Below are positions 51,294 through 59,911 of a stretch of 64,000 nt of DNA, piece by piece. Source of the stretch: Patescibacteria group bacterium (lineage in GTDB: Bacteria; Patescibacteriota; Patescibacteriia; Patescibacteriales; JBAZCA01). How positions within the stretch are numbered: the first letter of the stretch is position 1; the number at the start of each line of letters is the position of its first letter. The notes beneath the pieces were generated by a model. That model was not told the DNA's origin. It did not search any database and was given only the letters and a program-made list of their open reading frames with translations. Position numbers and translations under genes: made by a program. The stretch lies in contig JBAZCA010000001.1 of NCBI GenBank assembly GCA_041671125.1, forward strand, positions 72,120 through 136,119, in the 5' to 3' direction.

Positions 51294-54218
51294 TTACCTT
51301 TTCGCTCCTGAGTAAGCAATCGCTCTCACAATATCCCAGGCCATCGCCGATTTCGGCGCGTAACCGTAGATGTTTTTGAAGAATTGGATGGATTTTTTCT
51401 CTGAGTTCAGATTTCTATTTGTTGGCCTGAGGCCATAGGAAATAACGGCAATGGCGTTTTGGTCGCGTGGGTTATTCTTGTCCGGCAGTCTCAGGTAAAT
51501 CTTTTTGAACGCGGCCGAGGCATTAGCCTCGGTTTTTTCGTTCTTTTGGGCGGGCCATCGGCCGTTAGCGATTTTAATTATGTCCTGCCAGTCAATTTCA
51601 GTGGCCGGGTTCCGGCCGTAGGCCGATTTAAACGAGTTTACTACCCCTGAGCGCTCGCCCGAGCCGAGGATTTTAGTGGTGTCCGTGCCATTGGTGATAA
51701 AATTGGTTAATACATCTTTCTTGGCGGCGACTATCTCTTTGGCCTCGGACATTAGTTTTTCCAGCGTAGAGATGCCCCGCCGGGGCGTCTCTACGCTGTT
51801 TTGCCGGGTTGCTGTTTTATTCTCCTGATTATCACTAACATCACTTCCCTCACTATCATCTCCTGCCGCGTCATCACCCGGGCTGGTATCGTTATTACTG
51901 TCATTGCCAGTATTGGCAGTGGCGCTGTTGCTATTTTGGCTATTCAGTAAATAGACCGGAATTGTATTGCAGTCCCGGGTATAGTTAAACGTGTTGGAAT
52001 TGGTAGTATTGCCGTTATTATCCACGGCTATGACATACCAACTATGGGAACCGCAGGATAGGTTCTGACCCGGGGTTTGGGAGGCGGCAATATTGGAGAT
52101 ATTGTCAGAGTCCAGGGTATTGTCTATGTAGAGCTGGTATTTAGCTATTCCTGATTCCGTGTCAGACGAGGCGTTCCAGCTGAGGGTCGGGCGGGAGTCG
52201 GAGTTAACCGTATTATTGGCTGGCGAAGAGGCAGTAAAACTCGCCGGGCTGGTTATATCTTTTTCCAGTTCAAATGTATGGGTAGAATAGCCGCCGGAGT
52301 AGGTGAATTGGACAATGCCCGAGGAGTCGGAGAGGCAGGTCAGGTTGGTGCCGTTTCCGTAACTGGTTTGGCAGGTGGTAGCGCCATAACCGGTGATGGC
52401 AGTCGTAGTCGCCGTATTGTCAATCTTGAACGTGTAGTAGCTATCCGGGGCTAAATCGCCAATGGTGTAAACCGTAGAGGTGGCGTGGGTATTTCCCGCT
52501 CCCTCGGTTGAGGTCGCCGTCCAGGATTTATTCTTGTCGCCCGCGGTTTCCCAGGTATTAATATTTAAATCCATGAATGCCGAGGTGGAGGCGGTGTAGT
52601 ACCCGCCTCCGGCGGGTACTACCGAGAAGTTAGAGGTAGCAATGGTGTCAGCGGTGGTAGTGGCGACGAGAGCCCGGTATTTGCCGTTAGAATATATTCG
52701 GACCGAGCCGGTTTGGGGGATAGCGTTAGAGCCCACGGTATATGGCGGTTGGTATTCGTAAGCCCCAATGTCGGGAGTGCCGTAGATGGGGTTGCCGGCG
52801 TAGTCGGTGGTGAGGGAGACGTCGGTGCCAGAGTCGATGGCGGGGGAGGTGGGGTCGGGGATGTAGGTGCCAGTTTGGAAGAGGGGGTCAGATGTCATTT
52901 CGTTTGTTGACGTAACAGTCCCTGATGTCTTCGCGGTATTACCATAAAACCCATTATAATCTACCGTGGGCGTTCCGGCAACCTGTTGAATCCCCATCGC
53001 TAAGTTCATAAATTCATTATTCTTGACCACCAGAGTTCCCTGAGCATAGATACCCTTTCCGTCTTTTGTCGCTTCATCGTAAAAAACATTATTAATGATA
53101 CTGCACGTTGCGTTGGTTCTACAGGCAACCCCAAACTTCGCACTTGCTATGGTGTTAAATATATTATGGCTTATGTTTGCGGTAACAGTGCCGGTCCCTA
53201 CCGTGTCAATAATATGATCCGTGATACCATTAAAGATTGACCGTTTGACTGTTAGCGCAACCGCCGCCCCTTGTATTTCTATACCTGCCGCTCCTGTATT
53301 GGTTGCATTTCCGTTGAGCGTCAATCCGTTGATGGTCATGCTTCCACCATTCAAGTTGATATATTTAGTAGTTGTCCCAACGGGAATATTGGATATTGTT
53401 ACTGTATTTATGGTCAGATTAACATTATTGTTTCCTGTGACCAATATTATTGGATTAGTTAGTCCACCACCTGTTTTATTAATAGTAAGACGGTTATATG
53501 TCGCGTTTATAGTTCCTGCCACATCGGTATGAAATACATCCTCAAGCGTTGTGCCACTGATCGTAATATCGTTGGCAGTAAGGGTTGTTGTGCTATCCGA
53601 TGCTACGGTATTAACCCCTTGGGAATTTCCCGTGAACGATCCTGTATTAATGACCGCTGTTCCCCCGTGCATTGAAAAGCCATCATCGGTGTTATTATTT
53701 GCGCTTATATTGTTAAACGTGACAGTTGAGTTCCCTTCCATCTGGAACCCTTGGTTCCCCATAGAATTGCACGATACATTACTCACTGTTCCAATGGATG
53801 CTCCCCTAAACTGTATTCCATCAGTGGTCATATTGGTTATAGTGCCATTCATAATAACTATACCCGTGCGACCATTTATATCAATTCCTGTAATTGTATT
53901 TACACCATCTCCACTGATTGCAAATCCGCCAAGGTTAATCGTGATGTCATTTCCCCCCACATTCAAGACATCCCCCGCATTGGTACACGAGAGATTTCCA
54001 GCCAGTGTATATGAGGAGGTTACGGTATCACCACAGTTACAGGCAGTCACTCCACCACAATTAGCCGCACTCGCCTTCCCCACTCCCAAAACAAAAAAAC
54101 TTCCCAAAAATAACAGGAAGAAAAAAACAAATCTGGAAAATTTTAGATTTTGAGGTTTAGTTAAGAGAGAGAGAGAGAGAGAGACGGCTTTCATGTTTTT
54201 GTATTTATCCCGACGCAT
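51294..54218 (-). CDS. Large secreted right-handed beta-helix (PbH1-type) surface protein with conserved C-terminal domain
   Basis: Signal/TM segment FVFFFLLFLGSFFVLGV. Many G-x-N/T-rich ~22-aa turns (IMNGTITN, FNNISANNN, ...). Low-complexity linker. The start could be ATG 54218 or 54194. An in-frame REP lies at 51765-96. Confidence 0.7.
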   Translation of the reverse strand: MRRDKYKNMKAVSLSLSLLTKPQNLKFSRFVFFFLLFLGSFFVLGVGKASAANCGGVTACNCGDTVTSSYTLAGNLSCTNAGDVLNVGGNDITINLGGFAISGDGVNTITGIDINGRTGIVIMNGTITNMTTDGIQFRGASIGTVSNVSCNSMGNQGFQMEGNSTVTFNNISANNNTDDGFSMHGGTAVINTGSFTGNSQGVNTVASDSTTTLTANDITISGTTLEDVFHTDVAGTINATYNRLTINKTGGGLTNPIILVTGNNNVNLTINTVTISNIPVGTTTKYINLNGGSMTINGLTLNGNATNTGAAGIEIQGAAVALTVKRSIFNGITDHIIDTVGTGTVTANISHNIFNTIASAKFGVACRTNATCSIINNVFYDEATKDGKGIYAQGTLVVKNNEFMNLAMGIQQVAGTPTVDYNGFYGNTAKTSGTVTSTNEMTSDPLFQTGTYIPDPTSPAIDSGTDVSLTTDYAGNPIYGTPDIGAYEYQPPYTVGSNAIPQTGSVRIYSNGKYRALVATTTADTIATSNFSVVPAGGGYYTASTSAFMDLNINTWETAGDKNKSWTATSTEGAGNTHATSTVYTIGDLAPDSYYTFKIDNTATTTAITGYGATTCQTSYGNGTNLTCLSDSSGIVQFTYSGGYSTHTFELEKDITSPASFTASSPANNTVNSDSRPTLSWNASSDTESGIAKYQLYIDNTLDSDNISNIAASQTPGQNLSCGSHSWYVIAVDNNGNTTNSNTFNYTRDCNTIPVYLLNSQNSNSATANTGNDSNNDTSPGDDAAGDDSEGSDVSDNQENKTATRQNSVETPRRGISTLEKLMSEAKEIVAAKKDVLTNFITNGTDTTKILGSGERSGVVNSFKSAYGRNPATEIDWQDIIKIANGRWPAQKNEKTEANASAAFKKIYLRLPDKNNPRDQNAIAVISYGLRPTNRNLNSEKKSIQFFKNIYGYAPKSAMAWDIVRAIAYSGAKR
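51765..51796. repeat. REP hairpin c, in-frame inside the beta-helix protein gene
   Basis: gcgtagagatgccccgccggggcgtctctacgc. Translated as ...SVETPRRGISTLE.... Confidence 0.9.
54164..54184. repeat. (AG)10 dinucleotide microsatellite within the 5' coding region
   Basis: agagagagagagagagagaga encodes SLSLSL, between the candidate start codons and the signal-peptide core. Confidence 0.95.
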
Positions 54219-54263
54219 ATCCGCCGAGCGGATTTAACGGGGTTTGATTTTATTATTTATCCC

Positions 54264-54291
54264 GTAGAGACGCATTGCAATGCGTCTCTAC
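54264..54291. repeat. REP hairpin d (45 nt downstream of the RAYT stop)
   Basis: gtagagacgca-ttgcaa-tgcgtctctac. Confidence 0.9.
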
Positions 54292-54336
54292 CCTGCACAT
54301 ATTATAGCTGATTATTTTTTCTTTTTCAATAGCTTT

Positions 54337-54957
54337 TCACATCCAAATATTCTCCACGTTATTCCTGTCACGTTCCCACATCGCCGGATTGTTAATAATA
54401 TATTCCCGGATTCGGTTTAAAGATTCGTCGTTCCTGATAATGTGATCGTAAAAACGGGATTGCCAGGCGAAATTAGGATATTCGGATTTCCAAATTTTTT
54501 TCGTGCAGACCGATTTAATTTGATTTATAATTGAACCCAATGAATTTGGTTTCCATTGCGGATTATATCCGCCACGTTTCAATTTATCATCAACCGCAAC
54601 CATCGCGGTGGTAGAGACGCCCCGGCGGGGCGTCTCTACCGTCGCGCGGGGCGTCTCTACGGATGATTTGATCTTGCACAAAATTTCCAAAATTGCGTGC
54701 AAATGATTCGGCATAATTATCCATTCATCCAAAATTACATTCTGACGAATTATCGGCGTTTGCGACAATTCCTCCTGAACGATTTTCCCGATATCATTTA
54801 AACTCATTTTTCCGTTTTTAACCTCTCCAAAATAATGTTCTCTGTCTTTCGTGCAAATCGTTATGAAATATACGCCGTTTTGACTATAATCATAGCCTTC
54901 CAATCTGGCGGATTTGATGCGAAATTTATTTTTAAATCTTTGTGATATTGGCAACAT
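54337..54957 (-). CDS. REP-associated tyrosine transposase (RAYT; IS200/IS605 Y1 HUH family)
   Basis: YDYSQNGVYFITICTKDREHYFG. HUH motif IMPNHLHAIL. Tyr helix WQSRFYDHIIRNDESLNRIREYI. Interrupted in-frame by REP sequence. Confidence 0.8.
   Translation of the reverse strand: MLPISQRFKNKFRIKSARLEGYDYSQNGVYFITICTKDREHYFGEVKNGKMSLNDIGKIVQEELSQTPIIRQNVILDEWIIMPNHLHAILEILCKIKSSVETPRATVETPRRGVSTTAMVAVDDKLKRGGYNPQWKPNSLGSIINQIKSVCTKKIWKSEYPNFAWQSRFYDHIIRNDESLNRIREYIINNPAMWERDRNNVENIWM
54611..54660. repeat. REP hairpin e plus an extra half-site, in-frame inside the RAYT gene
   Basis: gtagagacgccccggcggggcgtctctac followed by cgtcgcgc-ggggcgtctctac. Translated as SVETPRATVETPRRGVSTTA. Confidence 0.9.
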
Positions 54958-54970
54958 TCACGATTATCAC

Positions 54971-55270
54971 TCACTTCTTCCCTTTTCCGCCTCCCTCTTT
55001 CCTTCCGCCTTTCTCTTTAACGTAATCCATTACCTTTTTCATGCCCTCGTTCATCATGACGAAAAAGGCGGCGGCTTCTTTAACTTTGCCGCGAAAGGCT
55101 CTTACCGTTTCTTTTGCTTCGGTTATTATTTCGCGAATGTCTTTACTAACCTGATAAACGTTCCGCAAGCTCATGGCCAGGTAGTACATAAGCCAGCAAA
55201 GAAAAAAAGCCACTCCGGCGACGGAGACGGCGAGTACCAAATTTAAAATGTCTCGACTGGTAGAAAACAT
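54971..55270 (-). CDS. Small membrane-anchored coiled-coil protein
   Basis: 99 aa. One N-terminal TM (LVLAVSVAGVAFFLCWLMYYLAM), then a helical region and a Lys/Gly tail. Confidence 0.5.
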   Translation of the reverse strand: MFSTSRDILNLVLAVSVAGVAFFLCWLMYYLAMSLRNVYQVSKDIREIITEAKETVRAFRGKVKEAAAFFVMMNEGMKKVMDYVKEKGGRKEGGGKGKK

Positions 55271-55365
55271 ATGGTACGAGTCCAGCAGTCCATTAGCCGA
55301 ATAGTCAGACTGTCAGACTACGGACTAATTGACTAACTGACTAACTGACTATTAGACTATTTTGG

Positions 55366-55683
55366 CTAATCCGGATTTTCGTCAATCTCAATTTTAATTC
55401 CTCCGATTTTTTTGGCGACAAAATTGTAGATCGCGGCGATTACGTAACCGATAATCCAGCCGAACGCGCCGCAAACGACAAAAGTCAGGACGCCAAAAAG
55501 GATGCCGGCGGCGACATGGAAAAAGACGACCGCCGCGGCTGATCCGGCGAAACTCGCCTGAGCTATTATATTGCCGCCGACTAAAATCGCGAGAACTATG
55601 CTTACGAAAAACCCGATAGTCCCGTAAACCGCGCCGATAATTTTAGCCAGGCTCGCGTTGTTGATTTTTTTTATTTCAGTCAT
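55366..55683 (-). CDS. Small integral membrane protein (3 TM)
   Basis: 105 aa, hydrophobic throughout. Confidence 0.5.
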   Translation of the reverse strand: MTEIKKINNASLAKIIGAVYGTIGFFVSIVLAILVGGNIIAQASFAGSAAAVVFFHVAAGILFGVLTFVVCGAFGWIIGYVIAAIYNFVAKKIGGIKIEIDENPD

Positions 55684-55763
55684 AAATCAGACAATAGACA
55701 TCAGTAAATAGTAAATAGAAACTTTATAACTCTATTGACTATTGTCTATTTACTGTTTACTAA

Positions 55764-58238
55764 TTAAAAGTCTCTTACTCTGGCCCCGAACTTATCCCCA
55801 AGATGTTTTACCAGCGCGTTCTGCGCTTCTTCAACCTCTTCGGACTTCATGGTTCGGTCGGCCTGATAAATAATATGGAACGCGAGGCTCTTCTTTCCGA
55901 TTTCCAGCTTTTCTCCCTCGTAGGCATCAAACACTTCAGCGCTCTTAACGAGTTCGGAAAATTTTTCTATCTCTTCTTTTATATCATTATACAATATTTT
56001 CGCGTCAAGGACAAAGGCTAAGTCGCGGATTATTGGCGGATATTTTTCAAACTCCGAATAACCGGCTGGCCGGGGGAAAAATTGCTCCAGCTCCAGAAGG
56101 TCAAATTCGGCGATGGCTGTTTCTTTTTTTACGCCAACGCGTTTCGCGATCCGGGAATCAAGACATCCGACAATTCCGATCCGGACGCCTTCGGCTGAAA
56201 TTCCGGCCGCGCGAACGCCATCCATCCAGCCCGGTTTTTCATCAAGCAGGCTAAACTTAACTTTCAGCCCAAGGCTTTCAAAGAGAAAGCCGGTTATTGA
56301 TTTTACTTTCAAAAAAACTTCATCCGCTTCGCCGCCGGCAACCGCTATCCCTAACCGCTCAAACTGCGCCGGAAGCTTATCTTTTCCCAAAGCGTCCCTG
56401 TCAATTTCTCCGGGCCGGTTAAAATAAACCGTGCCGATTTCAAAAAGTCCGATCCGATCCCGGCGAGCCTGGTTCTTTTTTATGTTTTCTATAAGATTGG
56501 GGGCGAGCGCCGGCGTTAAAAAGTTCATGGTCTCTGCTATCGGGTTTAAAAGTTTTATCGCGCTCCCGGCGTCAATCTGGAGCTTTGAGAGCTGTTCCTC
56601 GCCTACGAAAGAATAGTTATAGCTTTCGGTCAGACGGGCGCCAAAAGCCAGGATCTCCCTGATCTTTTTTTTCATGTCCGGCGCTTTTTCGCGCGGCATC
56701 CGGCCAAGACTTATTTCCGGCATGTCCGGCGTAATTTTATTGTAGCCGTAAATCCGCGCCACTTCCTCAACAACATCCTCTCTGATACTTACGTCTTTTC
56801 CGGCTCGCCAAGTCGGGATTGTTAAAGAAAATGAGCTATTTTTCTTCGCGATGCCGAAACCGAGGCTCTTTAATATCCTCGTAACTTCCTGTTCCGGAAT
56901 ACCTTCCCCGATCCGCTCCTCAATCCAGCTTAACTTTATTTCCAGCGGCCCGGTAAACTGCTGAAAATTATTTTCATCCGTTGTTTCGCTTATCACTCTC
57001 GCCGAAGGGCAGATTCGCTTTATCAATTCCGTAGCGCGGTAAAGGGCGATTGCGGCCAGATTGGGGTCAAGTGATTTTTCAAAGCGCATTGATGATTCGC
57101 TCCGCACTCCCAGGTAGCGGGAAGTTTTTCTTATGGAAGCAAAATCAAAATTGGCCGATTCAAGGACTATAGAATCAGTTTCTTCCGATATTTCGCTTAA
57201 AACCCCGCCCATTACCCCGGCAATCGCGATTGGCTTTTCCTTATCGGCGATTACGAGCGTTTCTTCGTTTAATTCCCGCTCTTTCCCGTCAAGCGTCGTT
57301 ATCGCCTCGCCTTTCTTCGCCCGTCTCACGTTTATATCGCATTCAAAAATTTCTTTTTTATTTAATTCCGGCTCCAGTTTCGCGAGGTCAAAAGCGTGCA
57401 GAGGCTGGCCAACGTCAAGCATGACGTAATTCGTCGCGTCAACGATATTATTAATCGGCCGGACTCCGGCGGCGATAAGCCTTTGGCTAAGCCATTCGGG
57501 CGAAGGTCCGATTTTAATTCCGCCCATGGCAAGCGCCATGTACCTCGGCGCCAGCTTATTATCTTCAACCGCCACCCTGATGCGGGCAAGCTTATCATCG
57601 GTTTTTATTTTCAATTTGCCGGATTTTTGCCCGGACAATGCCGCGTTAATTTCTTCGGCTTTTTTCGTTAGCCGGGAATCTAAAAACGCGGCGATTTCCC
57701 TCGCCACCCCGAGATGCGACCAAAGATCCGGCCGGTTGGTTATGGATTTATTATCTACCTCAAAAATCACGTCGCTTAGCCCAAGGACTTCAACGAGCGG
57801 TTTTCCGGTTTTAGTATTTTTATCTAAAATCATGATGCCCGCGTGATCATCCCCGAGACCGAGCTCGTCCGGAGCGCAGAGCATGCCCTGGGATTTTACT
57901 CCCCGGACTTCCACCTCTTTAATTTCAAGGCCGTTAGGTAAAACCGCTCCGATAAGAGCGAGCGGAACCATCTGTCCGGCTTCTATGTTCGGCGCGCCGC
58001 AGACGATTTCCAATTTTTCTTTTCCGGTATCAACCAAAGCCAACCGCAAACGGTCGGCGTCGGGATGCTTTTTTACCTCAATAATTTCCCCGGCAATGAC
58101 GTTCTTAAACTTTTCGGCCTGACTGGAAACACCTTCAATCTCAACCGTATGCAAAGTTAAAAGCCGCGCCAGCTCGCCGGGCGTAATATTTTTCGGAATT
58201 TCAACGTAATCTTTTAGCCAGTTTAGGGATAGATACAT
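55764..58238 (-). CDS. pheT: Phenylalanine--tRNA ligase beta subunit
   Basis: MYLSLNWLKDYVEIP, tRNA-binding OB domain (HPDADRL), B3/4, B5 and FDX-ACB-like C-terminus. ATG 58238 preferred over the track start 58277. Confidence 0.93.
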   Translation of the reverse strand: MYLSLNWLKDYVEIPKNITPGELARLLTLHTVEIEGVSSQAEKFKNVIAGEIIEVKKHPDADRLRLALVDTGKEKLEIVCGAPNIEAGQMVPLALIGAVLPNGLEIKEVEVRGVKSQGMLCAPDELGLGDDHAGIMILDKNTKTGKPLVEVLGLSDVIFEVDNKSITNRPDLWSHLGVAREIAAFLDSRLTKKAEEINAALSGQKSGKLKIKTDDKLARIRVAVEDNKLAPRYMALAMGGIKIGPSPEWLSQRLIAAGVRPINNIVDATNYVMLDVGQPLHAFDLAKLEPELNKKEIFECDINVRRAKKGEAITTLDGKERELNEETLVIADKEKPIAIAGVMGGVLSEISEETDSIVLESANFDFASIRKTSRYLGVRSESSMRFEKSLDPNLAAIALYRATELIKRICPSARVISETTDENNFQQFTGPLEIKLSWIEERIGEGIPEQEVTRILKSLGFGIAKKNSSFSLTIPTWRAGKDVSIREDVVEEVARIYGYNKITPDMPEISLGRMPREKAPDMKKKIREILAFGARLTESYNYSFVGEEQLSKLQIDAGSAIKLLNPIAETMNFLTPALAPNLIENIKKNQARRDRIGLFEIGTVYFNRPGEIDRDALGKDKLPAQFERLGIAVAGGEADEVFLKVKSITGFLFESLGLKVKFSLLDEKPGWMDGVRAAGISAEGVRIGIVGCLDSRIAKRVGVKKETAIAEFDLLELEQFFPRPAGYSEFEKYPPIIRDLAFVLDAKILYNDIKEEIEKFSELVKSAEVFDAYEGEKLEIGKKSLAFHIIYQADRTMKSEEVEEAQNALVKHLGDKFGARVRDF

Positions 58239-58326
58239 ATAAATTTCATATAACACATAACATGGAACACGTAACAAATAGTTTTAACCAAGATTATTAT
58301 GTGTTGTGTGTTCTATGTTATGCAAG

Positions 58327-59373
58327 TCAGAATTGCTCAAGAAATCTCAAATCTCCGCTATTAAATAATCTTATATCTTCAATGCCGTATTTTAGCTGGA
58401 CAATCCGGTTTAAGCCGAATCCGAAAGCGAAACCGGTGTATTTTTCCGGATCAATTTTACCGGCTTTGAGCACGTTCGGATGGACCATCCCGGCGCCGAA
58501 AATTTCCAGCCAGCCGGTCTGTTTGCAAAGCCGGCAACCTTGGCCATGGCATAAAAAACAGGTTACTTCCCCGTTAAATCCCGGCTCAACGAACGGATAA
58601 AATTTTGGCCGCAGGCGCACTTCGGTTTCCGGGCCGTAAAGATGTTTGGCCATGGCTTCTAAAATCCCTTTTAAATGCCGGATGTTTATATTCTTATCAA
58701 CCATCAAACCTTCCAGCTGATAAAAAGTATGTTCGTGCCGGACGTCGGTCGCTTCGGAACGGAAACATCTTCCGGGGACGACGCATCTTAAGGGAGGGCC
58801 GTATTTCAGCATTGACCGGACCTGCATGGGCGAAGTATGGGTGCGCATGACTAAATCCGGCGCTCCGCCTTCTTCGCCTTTGACGTTAAGGCCTTTCGGG
58901 TCAATATAAAAAGTATCCTGCATGTCGCGGGCCGGATGCCACTTCGGGATATTTAAAGCCTCAAAGCAGAAATAATCGCTTTCCAGCTCCGGGCCTTCCA
59001 AAACCATGAAATTAAGGCCGCGAAAAAAATCCTCCAGGTCTTCGCGGACTATGGTTATCGGATGAAGATGGCCGCGCGCGATTTTTCCGCCCGGCAGAGT
59101 CGGGTCGGAAAAGCCCGGTTTTTTCGCGGCGCTTTCAAAAATTTCCTTGGCTTCTTCAAACTTTTTTCTTATTTCCGATTTCAACTCATTAGCCAGCTTT
59201 CCGGCTTCTTTTTTTTCTTCATCAGTAAGCTTAGCAACGTCTTTTAATATTCCGGCCAATTCCCCTTTGCGCCCGAGAATTTTTATTTCCAGTTCGCGCA
59301 AAACCCCGCCGTCTTTCACTTCGGACAGTTTACTTAATATTTCTTCCTTAAATTTTTCAATTTTATTTTTCAT
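58327..59373 (-). CDS. pheS: Phenylalanine--tRNA ligase alpha subunit
   Basis: HPITIVREDLEDFF, class II motifs (RTHTSPMQVR, FRSEATDVRHEHTFYQLEG, GAGMVHPNVL). Confidence 0.95.
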   Translation of the reverse strand: MKNKIEKFKEEILSKLSEVKDGGVLRELEIKILGRKGELAGILKDVAKLTDEEKKEAGKLANELKSEIRKKFEEAKEIFESAAKKPGFSDPTLPGGKIARGHLHPITIVREDLEDFFRGLNFMVLEGPELESDYFCFEALNIPKWHPARDMQDTFYIDPKGLNVKGEEGGAPDLVMRTHTSPMQVRSMLKYGPPLRCVVPGRCFRSEATDVRHEHTFYQLEGLMVDKNINIRHLKGILEAMAKHLYGPETEVRLRPKFYPFVEPGFNGEVTCFLCHGQGCRLCKQTGWLEIFGAGMVHPNVLKAGKIDPEKYTGFAFGFGLNRIVQLKYGIEDIRLFNSGDLRFLEQF

Positions 59374-59750
59374 ATTGCTTTTTTATAACTCACCAAAAAG
59401 AATTCAAGGATGCTTAAACCTAAAACCAGAAATCCGAGGTTCGCCCAGTTAAATAAATCTTTGGATAAAAGGATTAGCGCGACAATAACCAGAGCGGCGA
59501 ATAAAAACGACTGGCGAAAAGCTTCTATGACTGAGCGGCCGGCTAGTTGCCGTTTTAGGGTAATAAACCGGATTACAAAACCGAAGATGGCCGCCGCGCC
59601 GGTTATGGCCATGAAAAGCGAAGCGTAAAAAAGGATAAAACCGACCCAGTTCGTAATCTCCGGGTTGACAGTCCAGGCGACGTAAGAAAAAACCGCGAAG
59701 CAGGCAACGGCCGCCAGAGTCATGATGAATAAATACATTTTCAGTCCCAT
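59370..59750 (-). CDS. Integral membrane protein (4 TM), function unknown
   Basis: 126 aa. 4-nt overlap with the pheS start. Confidence 0.5.
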   Translation of the reverse strand: MGLKMYLFIMTLAAVACFAVFSYVAWTVNPEITNWVGFILFYASLFMAITGAAAIFGFVIRFITLKRQLAGRSVIEAFRQSFLFAALVIVALILLSKDLFNWANLGFLVLGLSILEFFLVSYKKAI

Positions 59751-59881
59751 GGAAAAAAATTACAAATTACGAATTACGAATTACGAATTACGAATTTTTC
59801 CAACCTTAATTATTAATCCGTAATTTTTAATTCTACAAACATGTTATCACTTATCGGCTCATTTTTCAACACCCCGCGGCC

Positions 59882-59911
59882 GGTAGAGACGAAAAATTTT
59901 GCGTCTCTACC
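59882..59911. repeat. REP hairpin g
   Basis: ggtagagacg-aaaaatttt-gcgtctctacc. The helicase stop codon TAG (59909-59907, minus strand) lies in its arm. Confidence 0.9.

Noticed and set aside
51144-59911. Repeated GTAGAGACGC hairpins considered as a possible CRISPR array
   Set aside because: The units are self-complementary hairpins at irregular, kb-scale spacing. There is no constant repeat/spacer periodicity and no cas genes. They fit REP elements with an adjacent RAYT gene instead.
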